A stretch of 63,466 nucleotides of DNA, filler included. It is 4 parts of 4 records of this genome, joined end to end, with 100 filler letters (N's around TTAATTAATTAA, not from the genome) between each part and the next. Parts side by side here need not be neighbours in the genome. Positions count along the whole stretch, not along the records: positions 8,804 to 36,463 come from SRR20825019_2409; 3 more parts are not named here. The stretch is one strand, 5' to 3'. The notes under the pieces are model-generated. The model was given only the letters and a program-made list of their open reading frames with translations, made no database searches and was not told the DNA's origin. Position numbers and translations under genes: made by a program. This document shows positions 18,850 to 28,496 of this stretch, piece by piece; the stretch's first letter is position 1; each line of letters opens with the position of its first letter.

Positions 18850-20022
18850 CTAGTCCAAATCGATCCGGCGGCAGAGGATGGCTTTGTGGGGCACTCCGGC
18901 CGCCGTGCGGTGATCAAAATCCGAGTAGGTGAGCAGGAAGCTTTTGGGGCCGATTACAATCATCCCGGTGTAACCGCAGGTGTGCGCGCCGACTTCATTC
19001 GGATCGCCTTCGATGATACAGATCGGCTCTGACCAATTCTTACCAAGACCATCCTCATTGATTTTGATCCAGACTCCGGGACGTCCGTAACTGACCACCA
19101 GAGGACCGCTGGGGAGACGAACCAAAAATGGGAAGACGCCGAATTCGGCGAGCACCTCAGGTTCACTCCAAGTGTAGCCGGCATCCGATGAAAAATTCAT
19201 CATCATCGGTTTCTGTTCATGATCAGATTTGCGGGTCACACAGATAAGTCCGCCATCGGCGGTTTCTTCCAAGGCGGGCTCTCCGTAAAGATCATTGCCT
19301 TCACGATCCACTGCAATGGTTGCGCGGTGTTTGAAAGATTGTCCGTTGTCGTCTGACGCCATCAGATCCGTGCCGCCTTTTCCGGGAATATGTCCGTCGG
19401 TCATCGCGTAGCGCACGCGGTAATCCGCATAGAGAAGCTCACCCTTGTGCTGGAGCGCCGGGCGCTCAAAAAAGGCGCGGGGGAGCAGATCGCTGTCTTT
19501 TCTCCGCCACGCGAGGAGATCCTTCGTGTCGTAGGCGACTTTGATGTCTTCCCATTTTCCGGTCGAAGGCAGCCAACGTCGGCCGTCCAAATTTTTAAAA
19601 TAATCGAATACTTGCTCTGAGAAATCACTTACCCGGTAGGTGTAGAGCGGGCCATATACAAAGCTCTCGGCCACGGGTTCAGGTAAAGTGACGTTTTGTT
19701 CCTGAACATTGAAATAGTGCAATGACGGCACGACGAGAAACTCACCATGATAGGCAGGGGTGACTGAAAAGTGAGGACGGGCGGGGATGAGATCGCCTTC
19801 GAGAGTTTCCCAGGTCTGCCCTTGGTCGCGCGTCACGAATGAAGGGGCGGGTTCCCCGTGAGTTTCACTGGCGTCTTCCGCATCAGCATAAACCAAGAGG
19901 ATGCTCCCATCAGGCATGGGCGAGAGCGCTGGAAATTGGGTGAAACCCCAGCGGGTTTCATGAGGGGCGGAGAGGGCGACCACTACGGGTTCGCCGAACT
20001 TGAGATTTGGGGTAGAAGTCAC
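18850..20022 (-). CDS. BNR/Asp-box repeat (sialidase-like beta-propeller) protein
   Basis: Asp-boxes TRDQGQTW, SDDNGQSF, SSDAGYTW. No clear signal peptide. Confidence 0.75.
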   Translation of the reverse strand: MTSTPNLKFGEPVVVALSAPHETRWGFTQFPALSPMPDGSILLVYADAEDASETHGEPAPSFVTRDQGQTWETLEGDLIPARPHFSVTPAYHGEFLVVPSLHYFNVQEQNVTLPEPVAESFVYGPLYTYRVSDFSEQVFDYFKNLDGRRWLPSTGKWEDIKVAYDTKDLLAWRRKDSDLLPRAFFERPALQHKGELLYADYRVRYAMTDGHIPGKGGTDLMASDDNGQSFKHRATIAVDREGNDLYGEPALEETADGGLICVTRKSDHEQKPMMMNFSSDAGYTWSEPEVLAEFGVFPFLVRLPSGPLVVSYGRPGVWIKINEDGLGKNWSEPICIIEGDPNEVGAHTCGYTGMIVIGPKSFLLTYSDFDHRTAAGVPHKAILCRRIDLD

Positions 20023-20046
20023 AGCGGAAGCACGATGGCCTCTCGT

Positions 20047-20664
20047 TTATTCAGAGCGAGTCTCTTTCGGAGAATCGGCATCTTTTTTGGCAGGCTGCGT
20101 TTTCAGGGAGTGCCAGATATAGAAAAACACTCCGACGCAAATGCCGGCGTCGGCGACATTGAAGGTGGGATAGATATATGTCCCGAAGTGAAAATCGAGG
20201 AAATCAACGACATGCCCGTGTTGCAGTCGATCAACGAGGTTGCCGATGATCCCACCGCAGAGGAGCCCGAAAGCGACCTGTGCGAGGCGATCCCGCAGGG
20301 CGAGGGCGCGGCGCCAGATGTAGATGCCGACCAGCGTGGCGATGGCGATGATTGCGAGTAACGTGCTCTTACCCGAAAGCATGCTCCAGGCTGCGCCGGT
20401 ATTGCCAACGTGCACCAGATAAAAGAGATCGGGGATGATCGTGATCGAGTGCCCCGGCCCATAACTGCCCAAAGGCATGCGATTGATGATCCAGACTTTC
20501 GTGAGTTGATCCGCGACGAAAACCAGGGTCGCGAGAAACAGGAGGAGACGATAAGACTTTATCCGTAGCCACCGGGAATCCGGGCACGGAGATGACTGGT
20601 CGGTCGTCGAGTTAGTATTGGGTGGAATCATCAGAGGGCAGGGCCCCTGAGTGGCAGAGATCAA
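20047..20664 (-). CDS. lspA: Lipoprotein signal peptidase II (start uncertain)
   Basis: Motifs DQLTK, NTGAAWS, GGIIGNLVDRL, VVDFLD, FNVAD. Confidence 0.95.
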   Translation of the reverse strand: MISATQGPCPLMIPPNTNSTTDQSSPCPDSRWLRIKSYRLLLFLATLVFVADQLTKVWIINRMPLGSYGPGHSITIIPDLFYLVHVGNTGAAWSMLSGKSTLLAIIAIATLVGIYIWRRALALRDRLAQVAFGLLCGGIIGNLVDRLQHGHVVDFLDFHFGTYIYPTFNVADAGICVGVFFYIWHSLKTQPAKKDADSPKETRSE

Positions 20665-21764
20665 TCTCCGTCACCATCAACATCCATCATTTTGCCGGCA
20701 TCGTCGCCGTGCTCACCAAAGAGTCCGGCTTGGGTGCGGGTGCGATGGCGATTACGTTCCAGGTCCTTTTGAGCTTCGGTCGAATAGCGGGTGAAGGGCA
20801 CGGCGCCGAGACGATCCTTGGCGATGGCTTTGCCGGTGATTTCACAGACGCCATAGGTTCCATCGTAGATTCGATTGATGGCGGCTTCGATTTCCGAAAG
20901 GGCTTCCTGTTCGGATGAAACCAACGAAAGCGCGAAGTCGCGGTCGAAAGTGTCAGTGCCGGCATCGGCCATGTGTTGGCCGTAGCTGGAGAGGTCTCCC
21001 GCATCGTCTTTCGCGGAGCGCTTGAGAGTTTCTTCCGAGTGCAGCTCGATGCCCTCCGTCAGATGGGTGCGCAACTCAATGAGTAGCTTGTGAAAACGCT
21101 TAAATTTCTCAGGCACCTTTTTACCGGCAGGAGCCGAGTTGGAACGCTTGGTTTTGCCGGGAGCGAACCCCAGAATATCGGCCAACGATGCCGCGGCGAC
21201 GTGACTGGGCTTGGCCGGTGGCGGTTCGACGACGATTTTCTTGGCCGGGACGGCAACCTTGGTCGCTTTGGCCGCGACTTTCGGAGTTTTCGGGGCTGTC
21301 TTGCTCACCGTTTTCGCGATAGTGCGAACCTCATCGAGACTGAACGCGATCGGTTTGGCTGCGCTTTTACGGGAGAGAGCTCCTTTACGGAGAGATACTT
21401 TCTTCGTGGGTTTATCCATGGAAATTGTTGGCTTCTTGGTCGGCGAGGCTGCGGGGGCGGCCTTGCTGGTCGCTTTGGTCTTTTTGGCGGGAGCTACTTT
21501 GGTAGCCGCGGCCTTTTTCTTAGGTGCGGCGCTTTTGACAATAGTTTTCTTCGCGACGGTTTTCTTTTTGGATTGTGGCTTGGTTTTGACGGGCGGTTTT
21601 TTCTTGGCGCTTGGCTTGGCCTTGCTCGCAGTCTTTTTCTTGGCTGGTGCTTTTTTGGCAGGGGCGGCCTTCTTTTTGGCGACCTTTTTAGCAGCCGGTT
21701 TCTTAATGATTTTCTTCTTGGCCGGAGTCTTTTTGGCGGGGATTTTCTTTTTTGCTTTAGCCAT
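20661..21764 (-). CDS. TraR/DksA family regulator with long Lys/Ala/Pro-rich histone-H1-like N-terminus
   Basis: C-terminal HMADAGTD coiled-coil tip and GTYGVCEITGKAIAKDRLGAVPFTR. About 200 N-terminal residues of AKK/PAKK repeats. Confidence 0.85.
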   Translation of the reverse strand: MAKAKKKIPAKKTPAKKKIIKKPAAKKVAKKKAAPAKKAPAKKKTASKAKPSAKKKPPVKTKPQSKKKTVAKKTIVKSAAPKKKAAATKVAPAKKTKATSKAAPAASPTKKPTISMDKPTKKVSLRKGALSRKSAAKPIAFSLDEVRTIAKTVSKTAPKTPKVAAKATKVAVPAKKIVVEPPPAKPSHVAAASLADILGFAPGKTKRSNSAPAGKKVPEKFKRFHKLLIELRTHLTEGIELHSEETLKRSAKDDAGDLSSYGQHMADAGTDTFDRDFALSLVSSEQEALSEIEAAINRIYDGTYGVCEITGKAIAKDRLGAVPFTRYSTEAQKDLERNRHRTRTQAGLFGEHGDDAGKMMDVDGDGD

Positions 21765-21792
21765 GGGGAGTCAGGGGTTGAGGGATGATAAA

Positions 21793-24648
21793 CTAGAATT
21801 TGAGAGCGCTTGTGCAGCGTGGACAGGTCTTCTCATCGGCGGTGGAATCAAGCAGCTCAGCAACCCATCGCCAGCAGCGTGGGCAACGTTGAAGTCCTGA
21901 TTCGGTGCCGGTGCTCACGCTAACGTCGAGAGTGGTAACTGCTTTCACGTCGAGGGAGACTTGCGAGACGATGAAAAGTTCAGGCAAAAATTTGAGATGC
22001 TTGCTCAGAATGCGATGAGCGGGATCGTCGGGTGCCAGCTGGAGGGTGATGGTGGCATCAAGCGATTTGCCGATGGTGCCGGCCTTACGCGCTGGTTCGA
22101 TCCGTTCGTTCACAAGCGTGCGCACGCGTAAGAGCGTTTCGAAATCAGATGCGATAAGCTTGTCTTTCCACTCTGCAGGTGCCACCGGCCAATCCTGGAG
22201 GTGAACGGAATCATCCGAGTATTCTTCACCAGTTGTGCGGTAGCTCCATGCTTCGTCGGCGGTAAAACAGATGACCGGGGAGAGCAGCTTTACGAGTGTT
22301 TCGAAAATGTGATGGATGGCCGTTTGCGACGAACGTCGCAACGGATCACTGGCACCGAGCGTGTAGAGACGATCCTTTAAGACATCGTGGTATGTAGCCG
22401 AGAGGGTGACCGAGCGGAATTGGGTGCAGAGCTGATAAACGCGGTGAAACTCGTAGTTCCGATAGGCCGCCGTGCACTCTTCGATTAAGGTCGCTGTCTG
22501 CTGCAGTGCCCAACGGTCAAGCACATCGAGATCAGCAATCGCGATCGCATGCTGGGCAAAGTCGAAATCAAAGAGATTGGAAAGTTGGAAACGTAAGGTA
22601 TTCCGCAGAAGGCGATACGATTCGCTGACATTTTTAAGAATCTCGTCATCGACCGGGATATCGTCGCGGAAATCCTGGGAGGCGATCCAGAGTCGGATCA
22701 CATCGGCCCCATACTGCGAGATGTAAGCTTCGGAAGTCTGCGGTTTCTGGTAGGTGCTGCTCTTGGAGATCTTCTGACGATCCTTATCGACAATGAACCC
22801 GTGGGTGAGAACGGCTTGGTAGGGGGCCTGATCGTGCGCGATGACACCGGTCCACAGTGAAGATTGAAACCAGCCGCGATGTTGATCGCTGCCCTCCAAA
22901 TAAAGATCAGCGGGCCAGCGGGTTTTTCCCTGCTCGCGCTTCAGGACGGCGGAGTGGCTCGATCCGGAATCGATCCAGACATCCAAAGTATCGCGGCCGC
23001 AGGTGAGCTCGCTGGCTGCGGGCCAATCGGCGGGAAGCTCCACCCCCTCGAGGATTTCCGCTGCGGAAAGATCATACCACGCATTGCTGCCGAGCTTCGC
23101 AATTTTGTCGGCGATGGCCCGGGCGACATCGCCGCTGAGGTAGGGATTTTTCCCGGCGTCAAAGAATGCGGGGATCGGCACGCCCCAGGTGCGCTGCCGG
23201 CTGATACACCAATCGGGACGTGATTCCACCGCACCGCGGATCCGGGCTTCGCCCCAGGAAGGAATCCAGCCTTGGCGTTCTGCGATCGTCTTGATTTCGG
23301 CGAGGGCCTTATCGCGGTGGCCACCCTTATCGAGGGAGACGAACCACTGATCGACTGCACGGAAAATAATCGGCGTCTTCGAGCGCCAGCAATGCGGGTA
23401 GCTGTGCTCATACTTCTGTTTGGCGAGCAGGGCATTGTTGCCCGCGAGTTGCTTGAGCACCGCGATGTTGGCTACGGAAGGCTTCTTGGCTTTGAGATCC
23501 TCGACGCTTTCGAGACAGGACAGACCGACTAATTCGGCGGGGATTTTTCCATCGTCGAGGTAAGTGCCGTCATCTGCGACCGGGCAGTAAATATCGAGGC
23601 CGTATTTGAGACCGGTCACATAGTCCTCACCACCATGGCCGGGCGCCGTGTGCACGCAGCCGGTGCCGCTTTCCGTTGTCACGTAATCGGCGAGCACGAC
23701 CGGTGAAGCGCGATCGATAAACGGATGTCGGGCCGCGAGGTTTTCGAGATCGCCGCCTTTCACGGTGTGGACGATTTCAGGGGTGCTCTCGAGTTTGACG
23801 GCTTTCGCAACAGAATCGAGCAACTCACCCGCGACAAGAATTCGCTCTTCGCCGAGATCGGCGACCACGTAATCGACGTTGGCATGGAGAGCGACCGCCA
23901 TGTTGGCGGGGATCGTCCACGGTGTCGTGGTCCAGATGACGATGGAGAGAGGCTTGTCAGTCGGCAGGTTGAATTTTGCCGCTTCCTCGGTCGGGACGGT
24001 AAACTTGACCCAAATCGCGATTGAGGTGTGGTCTCGGTATTCGATCTCAGCTTCCGCGAGGGCGGTTTCAAAGGGAATAGACCAGTAAACGGGTTTCTTA
24101 CTGCGGAAGACGATATCCTGATCCACGAACGTGGCGAAGTTTCTCAGAATCTCAGCTTCGAATTCGGGTGCCTTGGTCTTATATTCGTTGGCCCAATCGG
24201 CGAGCACGCCGACGCGTTTGAACTGGGACTTTTGAGTTTCGATCCACTTTTCGGAAAACGCATCGCAGCGCGCACGCACTTCGGCGGTGGTCAGATCGAG
24301 TTTCTGTTCACGGATTTCCTGGACGACTTTTTGCTCGATCGGTAATCCGTGGCAATCCCAGCCGGGGACGTAGGGCGTGCGATAGCCGTCCATCGATTTG
24401 AAGCGATTGACGATATCCTTGAGGCTCTTGTTCAGGGCGGTGCCGATATGCACATCGCCATTGGTGAAAGGAGGGCCGTCATGCAGCACGAAGGTTTTCT
24501 CACTCTCAGCGCGCTTGCTTTGGATCGCGGCGTAGAGGTCGAGTTTTTCCCAATGTGCCAATCGGGAAGGCTCGCGCTGGACCAGATTTGCCCGCATCGG
24601 GAAGTCGGTTTTGGGCAGGAGAAGTGTGTTTTTCAGGTCTTGGGCCAT
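21793..24648 (-). CDS. ileS: Isoleucine--tRNA ligase (type 1)
   Basis: Motifs HDGPP, HIGT, PGWDCHGLPIE, WTTTPWT, GTGCVH, DWCISRQR, EGSDQHRGWF, KISKS, and a C-terminal CxxC..CxxC finger. Confidence 0.97.
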   Translation of the reverse strand: MAQDLKNTLLLPKTDFPMRANLVQREPSRLAHWEKLDLYAAIQSKRAESEKTFVLHDGPPFTNGDVHIGTALNKSLKDIVNRFKSMDGYRTPYVPGWDCHGLPIEQKVVQEIREQKLDLTTAEVRARCDAFSEKWIETQKSQFKRVGVLADWANEYKTKAPEFEAEILRNFATFVDQDIVFRSKKPVYWSIPFETALAEAEIEYRDHTSIAIWVKFTVPTEEAAKFNLPTDKPLSIVIWTTTPWTIPANMAVALHANVDYVVADLGEERILVAGELLDSVAKAVKLESTPEIVHTVKGGDLENLAARHPFIDRASPVVLADYVTTESGTGCVHTAPGHGGEDYVTGLKYGLDIYCPVADDGTYLDDGKIPAELVGLSCLESVEDLKAKKPSVANIAVLKQLAGNNALLAKQKYEHSYPHCWRSKTPIIFRAVDQWFVSLDKGGHRDKALAEIKTIAERQGWIPSWGEARIRGAVESRPDWCISRQRTWGVPIPAFFDAGKNPYLSGDVARAIADKIAKLGSNAWYDLSAAEILEGVELPADWPAASELTCGRDTLDVWIDSGSSHSAVLKREQGKTRWPADLYLEGSDQHRGWFQSSLWTGVIAHDQAPYQAVLTHGFIVDKDRQKISKSSTYQKPQTSEAYISQYGADVIRLWIASQDFRDDIPVDDEILKNVSESYRLLRNTLRFQLSNLFDFDFAQHAIAIADLDVLDRWALQQTATLIEECTAAYRNYEFHRVYQLCTQFRSVTLSATYHDVLKDRLYTLGASDPLRRSSQTAIHHIFETLVKLLSPVICFTADEAWSYRTTGEEYSDDSVHLQDWPVAPAEWKDKLIASDFETLLRVRTLVNERIEPARKAGTIGKSLDATITLQLAPDDPAHRILSKHLKFLPELFIVSQVSLDVKAVTTLDVSVSTGTESGLQRCPRCWRWVAELLDSTADEKTCPRCTSALKF

Positions 24649-24706
24649 GCGGATTAGAAGCGCGGAAGGGTAGGTGGCCCCATGGGCGAGTCAAGGGAAA
24701 GCCCGG

Positions 24707-26083
24707 TTACGATACGATGGCCTTGGCCGCCAGTGTTTCCCCGGCCGCAATACAGGCTGGCACGGAGATGCCGTCGCGCACTTGTCCGCCGATGAAAAGC
24801 CTCGGGTTTTCCTGTTCGCAGAGGGATATCGCGTCAAGAAACCGACCATGCCCCAGATTATATTGGGGGATCGCGTGGGCCCAGCTTTGGTGACGTCTGA
24901 AAACAGGCTCACCTTTGACACCGAGCAGATCGCGCAGGTCGGGTTGGATGCGGCGCAGCAAGTCCTCAGTCTCTAATCCGGTCAATTCCGGTTGTCGGGT
25001 CCCGCCGACCATGACGGTGAGCGACGCGTGATCATCCGGTGCTCGGTTGGGAAATAATGATGAGGAAAATAAGACACCTAACATGGAGCGTTTTTCAATT
25101 TCCGGCACCAGCATCCCGAAGCCATCCAAGGCATGGGCGATCTGTTCGCGTCGGAAGCCGAGCACGAGTGAGTCCACCGGCGGATGCGGCACTTCACTGA
25201 GTGCAGCCAGCGGACAAGCGCCGGATGAACCGATTTGCAAGCGGGCCAATCCGGCGGCCGGCAAAGCCGAGACGACGATGTCGAAATTTTCCTGGTGTTC
25301 TTCGAGATCGGTTTTCCAAACGACACGCCACTTATTCTGGTCGCGGATCAGGTGTTCCACCTCGGCATTCAAGTGAAGTGAATCGGGAGGTAAGCTCTTC
25401 GCGAGCGCATGGGTGAGGGTCTGCAAACCGTTGCGAAATGAAATGATGCCCAAGCGAGGCCGATCCGATTTGGGACGATCGTTTCTCTGCGCGATCATTC
25501 CGCGGATGATGGAGCCATGGCTTTGTTCGCTTTTCCAAAATTGAGGGAAGGCATGTTGTGCGGAGAGCTGAGTGGGGTCCCCGGCATAGACACCTCCGAT
25601 AAACGGATTGAGCGCATAGTCGACGATCTCGCGACCGAAGTGCTCTTCGATAAAGGTGGCCAAACTCACATCCGCAGGACGTTGGCGGGGACGGTGGAAA
25701 AGATCGCGCACGAAGGCTAACTTCGCCCCCAGCGAAAAGAGGGAAGTCGTAACGAGACTCACCGGAGAGCTTGGCGTGGCCAAAGGCCGGCCTCCTTTCA
25801 CGAGAAAACGCTTTCGGGCCCGTGGGTTGGCCGCGACAACCTCGGCGGTGAGACCCAGTTCTTCGATCAGGGCGGCAATCGATGGATCGTTCGCGAGCAT
25901 GGAGTTCGGCCCGCGTTCGCAAAGCCAACCGTCAATCAAATCACTGCCTACCGCGCCTCCGGTGCGGTCTTGTTTTTCAAAGACACGGACTCGATGCCCG
26001 GCTTGCGCCAACCGATGGGCCGCGGTCAGGCCGGTAATGCCGGCACCGAGAACTGCGATCGATTTAGTGGCAGCGGGAGGCAT
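24707..26083 (-). CDS. hemG: Protoporphyrinogen oxidase (HemY/PPOX type)
   Basis: GAGITGL FAD motif, ERGPNS, GGVYAGDP, GFGMLVP, AIPQY. Start moved to ATG 26083 (MPPAATK). Confidence 0.9.
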   Translation of the reverse strand: MPPAATKSIAVLGAGITGLTAAHRLAQAGHRVRVFEKQDRTGGAVGSDLIDGWLCERGPNSMLANDPSIAALIEELGLTAEVVAANPRARKRFLVKGGRPLATPSSPVSLVTTSLFSLGAKLAFVRDLFHRPRQRPADVSLATFIEEHFGREIVDYALNPFIGGVYAGDPTQLSAQHAFPQFWKSEQSHGSIIRGMIAQRNDRPKSDRPRLGIISFRNGLQTLTHALAKSLPPDSLHLNAEVEHLIRDQNKWRVVWKTDLEEHQENFDIVVSALPAAGLARLQIGSSGACPLAALSEVPHPPVDSLVLGFRREQIAHALDGFGMLVPEIEKRSMLGVLFSSSLFPNRAPDDHASLTVMVGGTRQPELTGLETEDLLRRIQPDLRDLLGVKGEPVFRRHQSWAHAIPQYNLGHGRFLDAISLCEQENPRLFIGGQVRDGISVPACIAAGETLAAKAIVS

Positions 26084-26102
26084 GGTGAATGGTTGAGGTG
26101 GA

Positions 26103-26179
26103 TGTAGGGCGGGGGTTCCGGACCCCGGCTCGTTGGCCGTTAGATTGTCGAAGGCGGGGGGAGGAGACCCCGCCCTACA
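26103..26179. repeat. GTAG-family REP doublet (REPIN-like) between hemE and hemG
   Basis: TGTAGGGCGGGG ... CCCCGCCCTACA form 12-bp inverted termini. Each half is GTAG followed by its own GC-rich hairpin. Confidence 0.7.
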
Positions 26180-26192
26180 AGTAATGCTCCGC

Positions 26193-27221
26193 TCATTTCC
26201 ATGTGGTGACCGTATCGACGAGTGCCTGCATGCACTCGAGCTTCGCGTTGGGCGTAATGCCGTGACCGAGATTAAAAATGTGGCCCTGGGTGCCACGCAT
26301 GGATTCGAGCAAACGGGTGGCCTCGCGCGAGACGATCTCCGGTGTGGTCGTCATGAGCACGGGATCGAAATTGCCCTGGACGGCGACATTGTCAGGGAGG
26401 GTTTGGCGCACGATTGAGAGGTCGCAGGTCCAATCAACACTCAGCACCTTAGCGCCGCTGAATGCCTGATCGGTGAGATGCGGAGCGGTGCCTTTCGCAT
26501 AGAGGATCGTTGGAAAGTCGCTGGGGAGTGCCGCGATGATCCGGCGAATCCATTGTAAGGAGGCCGCTTCGTAATCCGGTCCGGCAATGATACCGCCCCA
26601 AGAGTCGAAGATTTGGATCGCATCGGCCCCCGCGGCGATCTGCATCTTGAAATAGGTGATCAGCGATTCGGATAGTTTTTCGAGCAACGCATCGAAGGTC
26701 GCGCGATCGGTGTAAAACAGTTCCTTGCTCCGGGCGAAATCCGGGGAACTGCCGCCTTCGAGCATATAGGTCGCCAGCGTCCACGGAGATCCGCCGAAAC
26801 CGAGCAGCGCTTTCGTATCACCAATTTCGCCTTTGATCTGTTTCAACGCGACGGAGACATAGTCGAGTTTTTCGGGAATGGATTCAGCCGCCGCGAGCGC
26901 TTCGATCTGTGCCTTGTTTTCCAATCGGTAGTCCATCGCGATGCCGCCTTCGTCGCGAAAGTGATACCCCTGGCCCAGGGCTTCGGGAATCACGAGAATG
27001 TCGGAAAACAGAATGGCCGCATCGAGCTCGAACCGCTTCAACGGTTGCAGGGTCACTTCGGTTGCGAGGTCGGGCGTTTTGACCATCTCCAAAAAGGACG
27101 ACTTCGCTTTGAGCGCACGATATTCCGGCAAGTAACGCCCCGCCTGTCGCATGACCCAGATCGGTGGGCGGTCGAGTGGCGCGCAGGCACAGGCTGAAAG
27201 GAAGCGTTCGCGTGAAGTCAT
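26193..27221 (-). CDS. hemE: Uroporphyrinogen decarboxylase
   Basis: Motifs PIWVMRQAGRYLPEY, AAILFSDIL, GSPWTLATY, QIFDSWGG, FNLGHG. Start moved to ATG 27221. Confidence 0.96.
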   Translation of the reverse strand: MTSRERFLSACACAPLDRPPIWVMRQAGRYLPEYRALKAKSSFLEMVKTPDLATEVTLQPLKRFELDAAILFSDILVIPEALGQGYHFRDEGGIAMDYRLENKAQIEALAAAESIPEKLDYVSVALKQIKGEIGDTKALLGFGGSPWTLATYMLEGGSSPDFARSKELFYTDRATFDALLEKLSESLITYFKMQIAAGADAIQIFDSWGGIIAGPDYEAASLQWIRRIIAALPSDFPTILYAKGTAPHLTDQAFSGAKVLSVDWTCDLSIVRQTLPDNVAVQGNFDPVLMTTTPEIVSREATRLLESMRGTQGHIFNLGHGITPNAKLECMQALVDTVTTWK

Positions 27222-27274
27222 GTTTGGTTTGTGCTGAAAAGAGATAAGCTGCCGTGGTTTGGCGGTATGAAAAG

Positions 27275-28492
27275 TCAGGTGATTGTCGGGTGTGTCGAGT
27301 CTTCTGTTTTGGGGCAGCCGAGCATGACGGCCACCGCGCCGGTGGTTAAAAAACCCGCCAGCAACCATTCGTTCGCCTGCACGAAATAGAAGCCGATGGC
27401 ACCGAGATGGAAGGGGGCAAATAAGGTGATGGCGATGAGAATGAGCGTCGCGAGTGCCCAGGGGCGGCAGGTCCGACTTTGCAGCACACTAAAAAGGGCC
27501 GGTAAACAGAAAATCAGAAATGTGAGCCGATAGGCCCAATTAGCCCCCAAGGCAAAGGTGCCGATATAAACCAGTGCACCCGCCCAGAATCCCGCCCTCT
27601 GCCAAGGGGAGGTGGTGAGGGAATCACCGATTCGGAATCTCATTCTGATTCCGATCCAAGTGGCGGCGAGCAGGATGATCAGACAGGCATAAAAACTACT
27701 GCGCATCACGGTGGGTTTGTGTTTCAGATCCACCGCATCGACCACGAAGGGACGAGATCCGGCGACTGACCAGCCGTAGGAAGCTTCCAATCCCCGGCCT
27801 GTCTTGCGCAGAATCATCTCCGGTTCTTCCGGCTGTAGCGCCAGTGCTCCGAAAAATAGGGCCATCGCAGCCAGAAGCATCCGACGCACCGATCCGGACC
27901 AAGCGACGATGCCGCCGATCATGATAATTGCAGGGTAGAATTTCAGCAGTGAGGCGAGGAGCAGGAAAGCGACACCGGTTAATTGTAAGCTCAGATGAGC
28001 CCTCCGAGTGGCCCCCCAAAGGCCGAATAAGACCAAGACTATCATCAGGCTGTCGATATTACCCCGTTCGACCAACATCCACACGGGGGGCGAAAGCAGG
28101 GCCAGGGAGCCGACGATGATACCGGCACGATGACTCTGCCGTAGAAATAGCGATAGCGCAGTGAGACAGCCTCCGGCGAGAATGAGCCCGACGAGAAGAG
28201 GGGGCCAGAATTGCAAATGCAGCGCCGTGCCAATCACCAGAAGTATCCTCGGGTAATTATAAGGCAGATGAGCAGTTGCCAGCGGATCGATTCCGATAGC
28301 ATAGGCCTCGAGTCCCTCCTTCACGACCAACCAGTCGTGAAAGATCGGTTGAATTAACCAGGATAGCTGCGGCTGGATTCGAATCCCTAAAGCCGGATTG
28401 AGTGCGAGAATCGCCACCGAACTCACTACCGCCCCGGTCGCGATCCACGGTAAGTAGCGGAGCCAACGGGGACCGGAGGGCGAAGTGCTCAT
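27275..28492 (-). CDS. Polytopic membrane protein, GT-C fold (GT87/DUF2029-like)
   Basis: About ten hydrophobic segments. Motifs YNYP, PPVWMLVERGNID, LLKFYP. Confidence 0.6.
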   Translation of the reverse strand: MSTSPSGPRWLRYLPWIATGAVVSSVAILALNPALGIRIQPQLSWLIQPIFHDWLVVKEGLEAYAIGIDPLATAHLPYNYPRILLVIGTALHLQFWPPLLVGLILAGGCLTALSLFLRQSHRAGIIVGSLALLSPPVWMLVERGNIDSLMIVLVLFGLWGATRRAHLSLQLTGVAFLLLASLLKFYPAIIMIGGIVAWSGSVRRMLLAAMALFFGALALQPEEPEMILRKTGRGLEASYGWSVAGSRPFVVDAVDLKHKPTVMRSSFYACLIILLAATWIGIRMRFRIGDSLTTSPWQRAGFWAGALVYIGTFALGANWAYRLTFLIFCLPALFSVLQSRTCRPWALATLILIAITLFAPFHLGAIGFYFVQANEWLLAGFLTTGAVAVMLGCPKTEDSTHPTIT

Positions 28493-28496
28493 GGGC

